Source: Octopus bimaculoides
Lineage: Eukaryota
Direction: 5' to 3'
NCBI RefSeq assembly: GCF_001194135.2
Contig: NC_068996.1
Coordinates: 29,832,058 to 29,896,057, forward strand
DNA length: 64,000 nt
Part shown: piece after piece, positions 13,240-27,000 of the stretch
How positions within the stretch are numbered: the first letter of the stretch is position 1
Layout of the letters: each line of letters starts with the position of its first letter
Position numbers and translations under genes: made by a program
The notes under the pieces: model-generated
Told to the model about the DNA's origin: nothing
What the model saw: only the letters and a program-made list of their open reading frames with translations
The model's database searches: none

Positions 13240-16200
13240 GAAAGAAAGAAAGAAAGAAATAGTGTTTCTGACAGATGGGGGTACAGTATTTGCTAAGAGT
13301 TTACTTTGCTAGCGTCTAAATAAAAGAACAAAACAAAAGAACGAAAAAGTGGAAAGGGAGGCAGAAAGCGTATTAGGAATGAAAATGTAGTTAAGACAAA
13401 GTGTAAAATGTAAAAAGCTTTTTTTTCTTCTTAAATATGAGATATAGTTTAAAATATACGATGTTTTTGAAAGACACTATATTCTATAATGAGATTATAT
13501 ATACTTTCTCACACAACAATTCAAATATATTTATTTTAAATCATTTATTTGTTTTAAATCGTTCATCTTTCTCCCCCTCATATATACTACCTTGGGAGCG
13601 AAAGAGTTTTGTTTATATTTCACAACTATGAAACAAAACGTATGTAATAATTTGTCAGTCACCACCACCCAACCCGTTTTTCGGACCACAAAAAGGGTTT
13701 TGTAATGTTTCAGATTAACAACCGCACGATTTCCACTAGGGTGTTACGGTTAGGGTTTTAGGGTTAGGGTTAGAGTTTTACGGTTAGGATTAGGGTTAGG
13801 GTTAAGGTTAGTATTAGGATTACGATTAGGGTTGGTGTTAGGGTTACGGTTTTAGGGTCAGGGTTAGGGTTAGGGTTCAGGGTTAGGGTTAGAGTTAACC
13901 TAGAAGGGACAGGCCCCTTATTTTTTTGTTAAGGCTGTTGGTAAGTTTTCCTAAGTTACTCCAATTCACATCCCCAATGCAAACCTTCAGATCAACCTAT
14001 GCAGATCTCTAATGCAACTTTCGCTCAAATCTGATGTCCATGTTACTTATTTTGGTTTGAAATAAAGCACTTGATCACTTAATAATCCTAGCTTAATCCC
14101 GAGCAGCGCCGGGCTATACTGCTAGTGTTTACTAAAATGAAGAATGTTTTTAAAGTTTTAAACATGGTCAACACCACAGCAAAGAAAGGATTATTTTAAT
14201 GTAAACTACTGTTTTCTTATTAATGAGAAATGAGTACAAAAATAATAACAAAAAAAGATCTCACTGATGGGGAGGATTATCAGACTAAGAACCAATGGAA
14301 TAATCAATGGAAATCAGTTCACTGTAAACCCTCATTCGTAATATATGCTTCTTTCTGAGATGTGAAGAACAGGTATTTCAAGAAATTATATTCCACACTG
14401 ATTGCAAAATATACACTAATGATTTAACTTACCGTTATCATCACAGAAACCCAACATTAACCCTTTCGTTACTGTATTTCTTTCAATTAATTTTAAATAT
14501 AACAAAGAATTTAATAAAATAATTTAGTTATCATTAAGCTAATGTTAGGAACATAAATTGTGACTAAGGTTTGGTGAAAGATTTTAATTCAGAACTTTTG
14601 AAAACAAGACATTTGTACTACAGAGCCAATTTCAGCCAGGTTGGTATCATAAGGGTTAATAAGAAGTTTCATCTATCATATCATATGTCCAATCCAAACA
14701 ACTATCCTATGCATTTTTCAGCCAAATTTTTGCATATAAATTAATATGGTACATCTACAATAAATATATTCAGTTAGGTCTTCTATTGGAAAAAACAATA
14801 TGCCTTCAGCTAGCAAACAACTTGAAACCTCATATCTTTTAAAAGACATTTATCAAGTGTGTGTGCATGTGTGTGTACATGCATCACACATGCACATATG
14901 CATACAAGGTATGAAAGTTATGCACTACATGACTAATTTAAGTGATTACAGAGAGCAAAACTATCTTCATATGACCAAAAAGTTTCAACTGCAAATGCTT
15001 TTATATTACTTCTTGAATTGTAACCCATTTTAACAAAATCATCTTTTTGGGGTCAATAAATTAAGTACCAGTTGCATACTGGGGTTAATCTAATCAACTG
15101 GCCCCCTCTCTAAAAATCTGTGGTGGTGGGGAATGCAGTGACTGGTGAAACCTGGGTATATAGAGGGGATGGAGGACAATAGAATAGCAGATACAGTGAG
15201 GGCAGGATTGGGAAGCAAGAGATAAGCATAGCGCATGAAAAAGAGAAAATGTGAGGAAGAGATGGAGTTTGGTTTGCTGGGGTGGAAAAGTTTTAATGTT
15301 AAATGTGAATGGAACACACAGCATTGCTAAATGGGCAGGTCTTAAGAACTTCATATTGCCAGACATCTCAGTCTATTGTCATCTTCTCCAGTTCTGCGAT
15401 AAGAGCAAGGTCATCAGCATAAAGTAGTTCCCATGAGTATCCAGTTTTAAATTCCTCTGCTATGACCTGGAGGACTATGGTAAATAAGAGTGGATTGAGA
15501 GTTGAGCCCAGGTGAACCCCTACTTGTACACTAAATTCATCACTGTATTCATGGCCGACTCATCCTACTGACAGCACCGCTGTACATGGCTTGTACAGCT
15601 CTAACAAGCCACTCATCTACTCCTAATTTCTTTAGAGACCACCAGACAAGAGAACAGGGAACCCTATCGAAAGCTTTCATCAAGGTTGACAAAAGCCAAG
15701 TACAAAGATAGCATCTGTGGTACTTTTCGCAGGAACAAACCCAAACTGCATCTCATCTAGTTTAATTCTATTCTTAATCAATTGAGCTATAACTCTCTCT
15801 GTAACTTTCATGACCTGGTCCAGCAGTTTGATACCTCTGTAGTTGTTTTTATCTAAGGCATCACCTTTACCTTTTGTAGCAGCTAACTATAATACTATTA
15901 TACCATCATTGGGGATTACACCTTCCTGAATAACCTGATTAACTGTACCATGACTAGACTGTTACTAGTGACTATATATATATATATGTAATGTCAAACT
16001 CATCAACCCATGCCAGCATGGAAGATGAATGTATGATGATCACACACACACAATTATGTAGCTTCCTTTTGGCACAATCATAATCCTGAGCAATCACTGT
16101 AATAGTAACAAGAACTACTTACCAATTTCATCAAAATTCATTCCAGCAATATTTGTAGGGCCAGGAAAAAACACACTTCCATACCCTTCTCTTCCAATTG

Positions 16201-19200
16201 TGAAATCTTCTACGATGCAATCACCATTTTCATCAGTGATATCAGTCAATTCTTGCCAACTAGGCACAGTGTAATAACCAGGTCGCATTAAAACAATATT
16301 GGCAGGATGTGGAGGAACATTGGAGTACTGATGCATATATATAAATAAAAAGTGAGTGACATGTTGAAATAACATTTTTAAATAACACAAGCTATGAAGA
16401 AATGTGTTTATTATCACTGACAGGAATAGTATACTGATTTTGGTTGTCATAGTTACAATGAGAACTCTAACTTGAATGTCTCAGGGTATAGAAATAATTT
16501 CACATATCAGAAAATCAAACAAAAAAGGGTTACTCCATAACAACCAAATAATTTCTTTTTGTCTGAGCAACCAATCTACCTCCCAGAAAGAGATTGTAAT
16601 TTTCAAAAGCAATATAATTCACTTAATTATTCATAACGTGAAGAGACATTAGCTCCCAATTACTTACGAGGTGTCTCTCCCTGTTCCAGTCTACACAATC
16701 ATGCACACATTGGTCATTAAGAAACAACACAAACACTATCAGAAAATAAACAGTTTAAAATGTAGGAAACTCTTTAATTTCTATCATATCACATTTTTAC
16801 AAGCAGCAGCAGTTTATAATCTTAATTATGATAAATTATAAAGCAAACAATTTTTCTTGTAATGCAATATTATCAAAATTATTAAACTAAAATAGTGACC
16901 GAATATTTCCAAATGCAGAATACAAATAACATAATTATGAAATAATTATAAAAGATGAAAAGGACTGAGTTAAATATTATACACAAAATATTATACATAG
17001 AATCAAACATTACCATTTAGAAGAGTAACTAACTCTGAAACTGGAAAACAACTCATGAAAAGGTATTTTCATAAGCTGGCAACATGTTTTAAATAGAAAT
17101 TTTAAGGATTTATTAAAAAAAAAAAAAAAAAGGAGAAAATCTAGAACAATAGTAAAATTATTTTTGTAATTTTCAACATTACAAGATAATTAGCTTTTTA
17201 GTGAGGGAGATACTTGTCAGTTAAAGAATGAGACAAAATTATTACTCCAAAACCAAAAAACTTCAAGTTATGGAAAGTTTTGCATTTTGCTGAAAATGCC
17301 TCAACCAAAATTAAATATATTCAGAATTGTCTTCATATCATTTAATGAATTAATGAAAACAGCTATCAGATATTTTTTTTTAAACATATGCCATCCTGTG
17401 CAACATGAACTTGCTTGATAACACATGCATTTGTCATTCCTACACTGCTTGAAACCTTTCAAATCAAATCACCCTTGATTATGTTTATTTTTAAAAAATT
17501 CTAAACACTCCAAATTTGGCAAAAAACTTTAATCCCTTCCATTATCATTTATTTACATTCTGTTGGTTGGAAAAATCAATGCACATGTTATTGAATCTTT
17601 TGCAAGTGAATTTTAGAATTTTTTGAATTGAAACTTTCATACATACATAAGTGTGCTGTATCTCAATGAAATAATTCAGGTTATCTGTTAATCTCATAAT
17701 GTAAAAGGAGCAAAAATGTCTGGAAAAGGCTTTTTTTTTTTTGTTATTTTGGGGAGAATTTTATAAGCCCATGTCTGTCATATTAACATCATTTTCTAAC
17801 ATTTTTTTTTTTTTGAAGTTTATCTGTATTTTTAGTTATAATGTAATATATTAACTATCACACAAGCACAATATTTGAAATGTAAATGACTCATTTACAG
17901 TTTTAAAAAATTGTTTTCCTTCCTCCCTGATGTGCATGCACATTGGGCTTTTTTAAGTCTGTTTACTAAATTCATTCACAAAGCTTTGGTTGGGCCAAGG
18001 CAATAGCAAGAAGCACTTGCCCAATGTGCAATGGAAATGGAACTGAACCTGAGGCCATTTGATTGAGAAGACAAAAGTTCTACCACATTCACATCTGCAC
18101 ATATATACGTACACATAAGTAAACATACATCCATGAATGTTTGTAGGCATAAATACATACATACATACACAAACATTTCCAATTGATAAGAACAATAGAA
18201 CAAAACACTATAGTTTGTCACAAATTTTCAATAAACAAATATCAATTCTTTGTGACAGCACTCGGTTCAGTTAAGACAGACATTTGAAGCTGCTGGAGAT
18301 TGTGATCAGTCACTGGTTGGCGAGGGTTGCTGTTGGAAGGCCATAAGTGTGACAACAGAATTTGGTTCCTTGCCATACCTCCAGAAAGAGTCAAAAGTGG
18401 TTATCAGAGAATTTCTAAAATTTTACCAACTTCAATTTCTGGACTCCTAATTCTCCCAATTGTAATCTCGTAGACTATTGACTGGGATGCAGTTGAGAAA
18501 AACACCAACCATTCAGCCAGCAACACCAAAGCTTAGTTGATGGCCAAGATCAAGACATTCAAAGATCTTCCCAAGGACACAGTGAGTAATGCATGTTCTA
18601 GATTCCAGAGCCATCTTGAGGCTATGGTGAAAGCTGAGAGCAGTTTCTTTGAGTAGATAATCTAGTTGATATATTTTGATCAATTTTAAATACTTTTACT
18701 TTTGGACGGCATATTGCTTCTTTTTTTCTTTCCTTTTATGCAAATTGGCAGATTTAACACAAATACCCTGTACATACATTGCAAGACAGTATGGCAGAGA
18801 AAACCATGAAGGTGTAGGAGAGTAGTGTGCTGGAATGGATGATGGTACACTTGCACTTAGTGATTCTGCAAAGAAAGAGGCATTGAAGTCATCATCATCA
18901 TCATCATCATTTAACATCTGTATTCCATGTTGGCATAGGATGGACAGTTTAGCTGAAAACTCATAAGCCGGGGAGATGCACCAGGTTCTGATCTGATTCG
19001 GGAAGGTTTCTACAGATGGATACCCTTCCTAATGTCAAGAACTCCAAGAGTGTAGTAGGTGTTTTTTTTTACATTCCACTGGCATGGGTGTCATTCACCT
19101 GACACTGCCATCAGCCACAACTACAGTCTCACTTGGCTTGACACATCTATACAAGCATGGTATGTCCCCAAAGGTCTCGGTCGCTAGTCACTGCCTCCAT

Positions 19201-22200
19201 GAGGCCCAACACTCAAACGGTTTACATGCCAGTCAGACAGCACTGGCAGCAGCCATGACTACAATTTCACTCAGGTCAACAGGTCTCCACAAGCACAGCA
19301 CATCACCCAACAATTGAAGAGTGCTCTTAAAGGGCTAGATACACAATGCTGGCATCGGCCACAACTACAATCTCACCTAGCTTGAAAGGTTTTCTCATGC
19401 ATGGCAAATCACCAAAGGTTTTGGTCACTTGTCATTGCCTCTGTAAGGCCAAACATTCAAAGATTGTGCTTCACCACCTCATCCCATGTCTTCCTGGGTC
19501 TATCTCTTCCACAGGTTCCCTCCACCACTAGAGTGAGTGCAACAACTCTTCACACAGCTGTCCTGTAAATAAGCATCACATGATCATACCAGTGCAGTCT
19601 TCTCTCTTGCACACCATATCTGATGCCTCTTATGCCCAACTTTTCTCTCAGGATGCTTACACTCTGTTGTGCTTGCATACCAACATTACACATCCAGTGA
19701 AGCATACTAGCTTCATTTCTTACAACCTACCCATGTCCTCAGCAGTCACAGCCCATGTTTCACTGTCGTGTAGCATGGCTGTCACTCTGAGCAAGAAACC
19801 CTTTGTTACCAGCAGAGGTTGGAGCTCTCTGAATTTTGCCCAGCCTATTCTTATTCTAGCAGCTACACTCTCAGAGCATCCACCTTAGCTACTGATTTGG
19901 TCACCTAGGTAACGGAAGCTATTGACTACTTCTAGTTTTCTCCCCTGGAATGTGATGGAATCTATTTTTTGTCACTTTTTAATGTTAATTGTACCTGTGT
20001 ACCTTCCATACACAAAAACTTTGCTTGTTAACATTCCTCTGATATTGCTGCACCTCATATATGCTCATAGCTTACACTAGGTACATCTTGTGGAGATTCT
20101 ACCTATGCCTTTTCTACAAATCAGGCAGGACCATCTACCTGAAGGCATGTGTGATTTGTCTGCTTTCCTATTTACTAAGACTTTGGTTTTTACTAGGTTA
20201 ATGCTAAGGCCCTTCAATTCTAGGCCTTGCTTCTCTAGTTCTGGTAGTGATTCAGCTATAAGAACAAGGTCATCAGCTTAAGGGAGCTCCCAGGGGCAGC
20301 TTGTCTTGAATTCCTCTGTTATTACCTGGAGGACTATGATGAACAAGAGGGTGCTGAGGACTGATCCTTGGCAAACCCCTACTTGTACCTTAAATTCTTT
20401 ACTCATTGCCAACCCTCATCTTACTCTCAGCATCCATGTACATGGCTTGTACAGCTCTCACCAACCACTCGTCTATCCCTAGTTTTCATATTGATCAAAG
20501 GCTTTCTCCATGTCAACAAAAGCAATGTACAGAAGTTTATCATAGGCTAGGTATTTCTCCTGTAGCTACCTTACCAGAAATATAGCATTAGTGGTGCTTC
20601 TCCCTGGCACAAAACCAAACTGCATCTCATCTAAACTACCTCCCTAATTAGCTGGGCTATGACCCTCTCTGTAACTTTCATGAAGTGCCAGTGTGAAAGG
20701 TTCTAAATATAGAAAATGCAAGAGAAAAAGAAAGTCTTCCTATAGAGGGATCAGCTATCCAAGTTTATAGTAGCATGATAAAACAGTTAAGAATGTGAAA
20801 ACAAAGAAAGCTGCTAGCCCATCAGGAATCACCAGAGATACTTAAAATATCTATCTGGCCAAATGGATTATGCCTAGTCACCCATATTGTTAATCATGTT
20901 ATTGAGGAAGGTATCTTACCCAACGATTGGTGTAACAGCATTATAGTCAACTGTTACAAAAGTAAAAGTGATGTCTTCAACAGAAGTAATTACAGAAGTA
21001 TAAAATTAATGGACCAGGTAAGTTACAAAAAGGATCATCGCTCAACTAATTAGGAAGAGAGTTAGGATAGATGAGATGCAGTGCCAGGAAGAAGCACAAC
21101 CAATGCCATCTTCCTTGTAAGGCAACAGCAGAAGCATTTCGTAAAAAATCATCCTCTGTATTTGACATTTGTCAACACGGAGAAAGCCTTTGATAGGATG
21201 CAGAAGCTAAATCAGCAATGAGTATATCAAAAAACTTAGTGCACAGGTAGGAGTTCAAAGATTAGTTTCCAGGCCTCTCCTGTTTATCACAGTTCTTCAG
21301 GTCATATCAAAGGGATGACTAGTTGCCCTTGAGAGTTCCTTGAGTTAATTTAGCCAAGAAAAATGTACTTATAAGCAGGAAAGCAGACAAATTACTAATC
21401 CTTTCAGGGCACTGGCCCTGCTCAATATATAGAAAAAGGGTAGGTAGAAATTCCATAAGGTATACCTAGTGCAGGCTATGAATGCATAAGAAGTGAGCAG
21501 TATTAAAGGTAAGTTAACAGAGAAAGTAGTCATTGTGTGGCAGATGTGCAGTCCAAAAATGTCTAGGAAGTAAGTTTTCACAACTGTCCAGAGAGATGCT
21601 TAGAAGTAGCAGACAGTTTCCATTACTTAAGTGAGCAAATTCGCAGTGAAGGAGGCTGCTCTGAAAGCATAGCTGCTAGAATAAGAACTGGTTGGGAATA
21701 GTTCAGAGAGCTATTATCTTTGTTGGTAACAAAGGGCTTCTCCCTCAGAGTGAAAGGCAGATTGTATGATGCCTGTGGACAGACAGCTATGCTATATATA
21801 GCAGCTAAATATGGGTTGTGACTGTAGAAGACATGCAAAGCCTTGAAAGAAATGAAGCCAGTATGCTCCACTGGATGTGCAATGTCACTGAACTTGTATA
21901 ACAAAGTGTAACTGCCAGGTAAGTGTAGTTTGAAATTAGTGGGCCTCAAAGCTGAAAGCGAAGATTGAGGGGGGGGGGGGCTTTCTCTATAAGAATACTG
22001 CTCACAAAATCAGTGTTATGAAGTAAAGAAAAAGAGGGTATTGCAGACTCATATGCAAATTGGGAGGTAAGATGTGTGTGTGTGTGCGTGTGTGTGCGTG
22101 CGCATGTGCACACACACAATGTGCTTATATTATGTTGATGCATACATACACACTCATCCATATGGTCAATTTTCTAGATATTTTAGTTAAAATTATTTTT

Positions 22201-23914
22201 GTCACTAAGATTTAGATTTCTTTTTTGTTGTATGTAATCATCATATCCAAACTGCTTATTTATTTATTTATTTTTTTTTTTTTTGGTAAACTTATTCCAA
22301 TATTCATTACTTGTTTACATTTCACTACTAAAGGTTAAATTGAAAAATGTATTATCTTCTTGAAGTTAATTGCTAAAATTAAAGCATTGGGAAGTGCATT
22401 TATATGAGAAATGTTTATTAGTGAAGACTTATAAAATCTGCTTTGAGTTCACAAGCAGAGATAAATAATAGGTCCTAAGGAATTAAATTTGAAATGCAAT
22501 ACATGGCTGATGCAGAAGGAGATAGTAAAACAATTCTAATTCACTTACCTCATATTCTGTTTCATTATTGTTAAAATTATCCTGAGTGCTGTTTTGGTTA
22601 GAATCAACCGACTCATTCTCCTTTTCACTTCACAGATTTTTAAAAAATAGTTTAAAATTGTATTATTACTTTTTAAATTGATAAAATTTTGAATCATTAA
22701 CAATTTTTTTGAGATGACATCTTTAAACAAATTTCTGGTGAGAGACTATCAATTTGAAAATGTCACCAATAGTTTATGATTATAAAGAGGTCAACAAAAA
22801 TTACATATTGCTTTCATTTATTAATTAATACTTATTTCATATAATACAAACTAATAATGCTAGTTCATCCACAAATGTAATTTTAATAATAAATAGAAAC
22901 AGAGACAGTATTACTACCAAAAGGCAATCATTATGTCCAACTTAACATGTTTTGTTAAAACAACTGAATTATTTACATAGAGAGGACCTTTCATGACTCA
23001 TGGTGCATACAAGCACATGTATTTATATCAATGAAAGACAAGAATCATCTGCCACAGCCACCGAAACTGCCAGATCATGTGATTTCAACCTGTTTTATGC
23101 ATCATGAGTCCATATGAAAGGCCCTCTCTAAGTAAATAATACAGTATACAGTGTTTTTAAAATATAAAATCCATGTTAAATAGGACATAAAAATTCCTTT
23201 TAGTATTAATACAGCTTCTGTAGCTATTAATTATTTTTGATAAGCCTGCTGGTTATTTGTGACATCAGTGCCTGAAAAAACATTGGTATTTTATAGTGAG
23301 ATTCAGTTGTTATGTTGCTACTGGACGTCTGCCACTGACAATCCGAAACAGGGCAAAATCACATGATCTGGCAGTTCTGGCAGCTGTAGCAGACAATTCT
23401 TGTCTGTCAATGATACAAATAAGAGTGCTTTTATGCACTATATGAGAAGTAACACAATATTTTAATAAAATATCTACATTAAGTTGGACATGAAGATTGC
23501 CTTTTGTAATTTTAAGATGTTTTGAATACCCAATAAAATATATTTTCTCATTAAGTTAGTGAATAAGTTAGGCTATGTTGCTGCAAAATTAGGAAGAAAA
23601 AAGTTTGCCATCTCACACATGCAAGAAAAATGTTTGCTGTCAACGAACCTTGAAATTTTCATTTCATACATGTACCTTTCCAATAAAACTTTATTTTATA
23701 GGTTCCTATAAATTTTGCTTACTTGGAATTTTCTAACATCAACAAACCCCAAAAATGTTTTGCAATTGCTATGAGTAACTTTTGGCATATATTTTAGTTT
23801 TAAAAGTTAATGCACACCCACCCTTCTTGCATGTTTATAAAGTGCTGGGAATATTTAGCACACATAATTCTTCCAAGCATCAGGAATTCAGCAATAAATT
23901 TAAATTGACTTATC

Positions 23915-24010
<96 letters not shown>

Positions 24011-27000
24011 ACTTACTTCAGTTCAGTACAAGAACTAATCTGCGTGCCATCAGATGTATTGTTTTCTTCATCCTTGCCATTAGAGTTTCTGAAGATAGGG
24101 AAAACAGAACAAAGGTAATTATAATTTTTATAGACCATCTTTGAAATTCTTTTCATATCTGTTTTGGTTTTAAATTGGTACATATAAACTGACTAGATAA
24201 AGTTATCTATTGTAAATGATGCTACTTTTTTTTTTTCCGGGCAACATAATCTTAGAAAAATAAATTAACAGAAACGCAAATTTGATTCAGTAATTTCATT
24301 TTCAAATGAACTTTTAAAGAAAGATCAATTAAAAGAGAATCCACTTACATTATCACTTTTTCACTGGAATTGAAAGACACAGTGTTACTGGAAAGCCAAC
24401 TGAAAATAAGCATAAAAGAATTAAACAATTAGATGGAGGAAGAGATGAAGAGAAACATGCATAGCAGATTGTTTGTTTGTTGAGATATAGAGAGAGAATT
24501 TGAATGCAAGAAAACAAGTGTGCTATGCATACACAATTACTCACCTGTTTGTCTTTGTATTACTGTTAAAACTTGTCTTTGCTGAAGTAGATAAATTTTT
24601 GACAACAAGTTTTTTAATATTTCGTTTTAATGAAAAATCTTCTCCATTGAACCCAAATTCATCTTCTTCATCCAAACCATCAAATATTTGCATCTTTTTG
24701 AAATAGAAAAATATCAATCAATACTGTATAGGTACAATTTCAAAATGAAGGTAAGATTTAATATATTTTCAGAAAAGTTTAATAATACAAATACTTATAA
24801 AAACAAATACTATAAGCAAGTATTTGCAAAAATATCATCATTTAACAGCCATTTTCATGGTGGCATGGGTTAGACAGTTTGACTGGAGTTTGTAAGCCAG
24901 AGAGTTGTACCAGGCTCCAGTCCCATTTAGGCTAGGAATCTACAGCTGGAGACCCTTCCTAACACCAACCACTCCAAGTGTGTAGTGGGTGCCTTTTACA
25001 TATCACCATCATGGGCACCTTTTACGTGTCACTGGCACTGTGCACAACTGTCACCAGTATTGTCCACACAAAAATTAAAAGAATTTTTTATACTTACCTT
25101 TTTCTTTGAAATCAAGGGTAATAGCGATTTTGGTTTAGCTCTGGCCAGTGGACGAGTTCCTACTTTATAGTGACTAGACAATACAGCTTTCTGTGCAGTT
25201 GGATTAGTAGGCTTAAGAACATCTTCGGTTTTGATTTTACTCTGAAATATGAAATTTCAACATAAAAACAAAAAGCATGTGTAGCATGAAACAAATTTCC
25301 ATCAAATTTGACAATTGAAGATATCTTAGCTACCACATAACTATATGAAGTAAGGTGCATAATTTCCCAGAGAATAACAACTGGAATATAATTTTTAGTG
25401 TAAAGCTTAAGGGTAACATAGATACAATATTTATTCTAAAATCTAATACATGGCCCAACCAATATAAATCCTCATCCCAATGATTTATCTACTGCAAAAA
25501 AAAATTATCATCAACTCTAATTCCCCCTTGCAACTAAATACCACATTTCTTTAAACTAGCCTCCCATTTCATTTCTCAGAAGTCTAAGTTTTCATTACTT
25601 CATATTCTAAACACTTCCAAAATTTCTAATTTCAAACTGCCATTTTAGCTACAATGATTTACTGCAACTATTTACTTAATATTAACTAGACTGAGGGAGG
25701 CTGAGGAATTTCATTAACTACTTACGTCATTCAAATTCATGAATAAAGTTGAATCTCCATAAGGGTTATGAGTTAAAAGCTTTAAATGTTGCTGCAAATT
25801 TCCTTGTTCTGATGTTGATCCAGAAAGGGACAAAGCATGGCTGAGAAAAAAAATTGAACATAAAATTTGTAATTAAATACACACACACTCACACAATAAT
25901 GTATAGACTTACAATGGCTATACCAGCTATGTATAGCAGGTATAAAATAACAAGCTAAACACAGAATAGAACTCAATTTTATATATATCTATTTTATATA
26001 TTATTACCACCACCAAGGAAGGAGGTTATGTTTGCATTGGCGTTGATTTGTCTGTCTGTGTGCAAAATAACTCAAATAGTTGTGAATGGTATTTGATAAA
26101 ACTTGCAGGAAAAGTTGGTAATGAGACAAGGAACAGATGATGACATTTTGGTAGTGATCCGGTAATTTTTATGGATTCTTGAAGGATTTTTCATTTGTTA
26201 TATTTACTTTACATGAAGTATGTTATCTTCTTTGATTATATCCCTCGAAAACAGTTTTCACGTAACCTATGGTGGCGTTGCTGTTTAAAGACAGTGTTCA
26301 TGATGACGATCGTCAAGATAAGTATGGGAGGAGGATAAAATAGTATTGGTGGTTATAATGGTGACAGGAGCGATGTGATGTGTGATGGTGAGGTGATGGT
26401 GGTAACAGTGGTNNNNNNNNNNGTGAGGTGATGGTGGTAACAGTGGTGTTGATGATAGTGTTAGTTGTGTGATGGTGGTATTGCAGTGGTTATACTGGTT
26501 GTGGTGGTGAAACTGACTGTTTCAGGTAACCGTCATGATAACATTGATGGCAGTGTATCTGGTTGAAGTGGAAGCAATGACAATGCTGCTGATGATGTTG
26601 ATAGTTGTGAAATGTTTCAGATGATTCCTGTTTTTAAAGGGTTCTTTTTTCTTAAAATCATATGGCCGTGTTATTATTTTTTTTACCCCCACCAAGGAAG
26701 TTGTTTTTGCCAGTGTTAGTTTGGGAAATTGGGCGGTTTTCAGCATGCGTGTATATGGGTGGAAATGAGTTGCATGGTAGAGGTCTGCGCTCTCCGAGTG
26801 CTTTTCTGGTTTTATATTATGCTTAGTATAGGTCAGTCATTTCACCAAATGAAAACAATTAAACTACTGGCTCAATTTAGACAAGAAGTAACTGGGTGAC
26901 TTCTTTAAATTCCTTATCACTTCATCAAAAATAGTAACAGAGGTAATAGATCTTCTGTAAACAATCTTTGAGATGTATTTTATTTACAGGGTCACCAGGG

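Noticed and set aside
16668-16690. GTAAGT donor upstream of the autoprotease exon
   Set aside because: The available acceptors give 13 or 23 nt, incompatible with the phase 0 upstream exon
18776-18865. Exon-like segment with good splice sites that fits phase 2 to 0
   Set aside because: The peptide (ITKCKC...FMVFSAIL) is hydrophobic and unlike the Nup98 linker, and the acceptor abuts a LINE tail; the 22549 exon fits better
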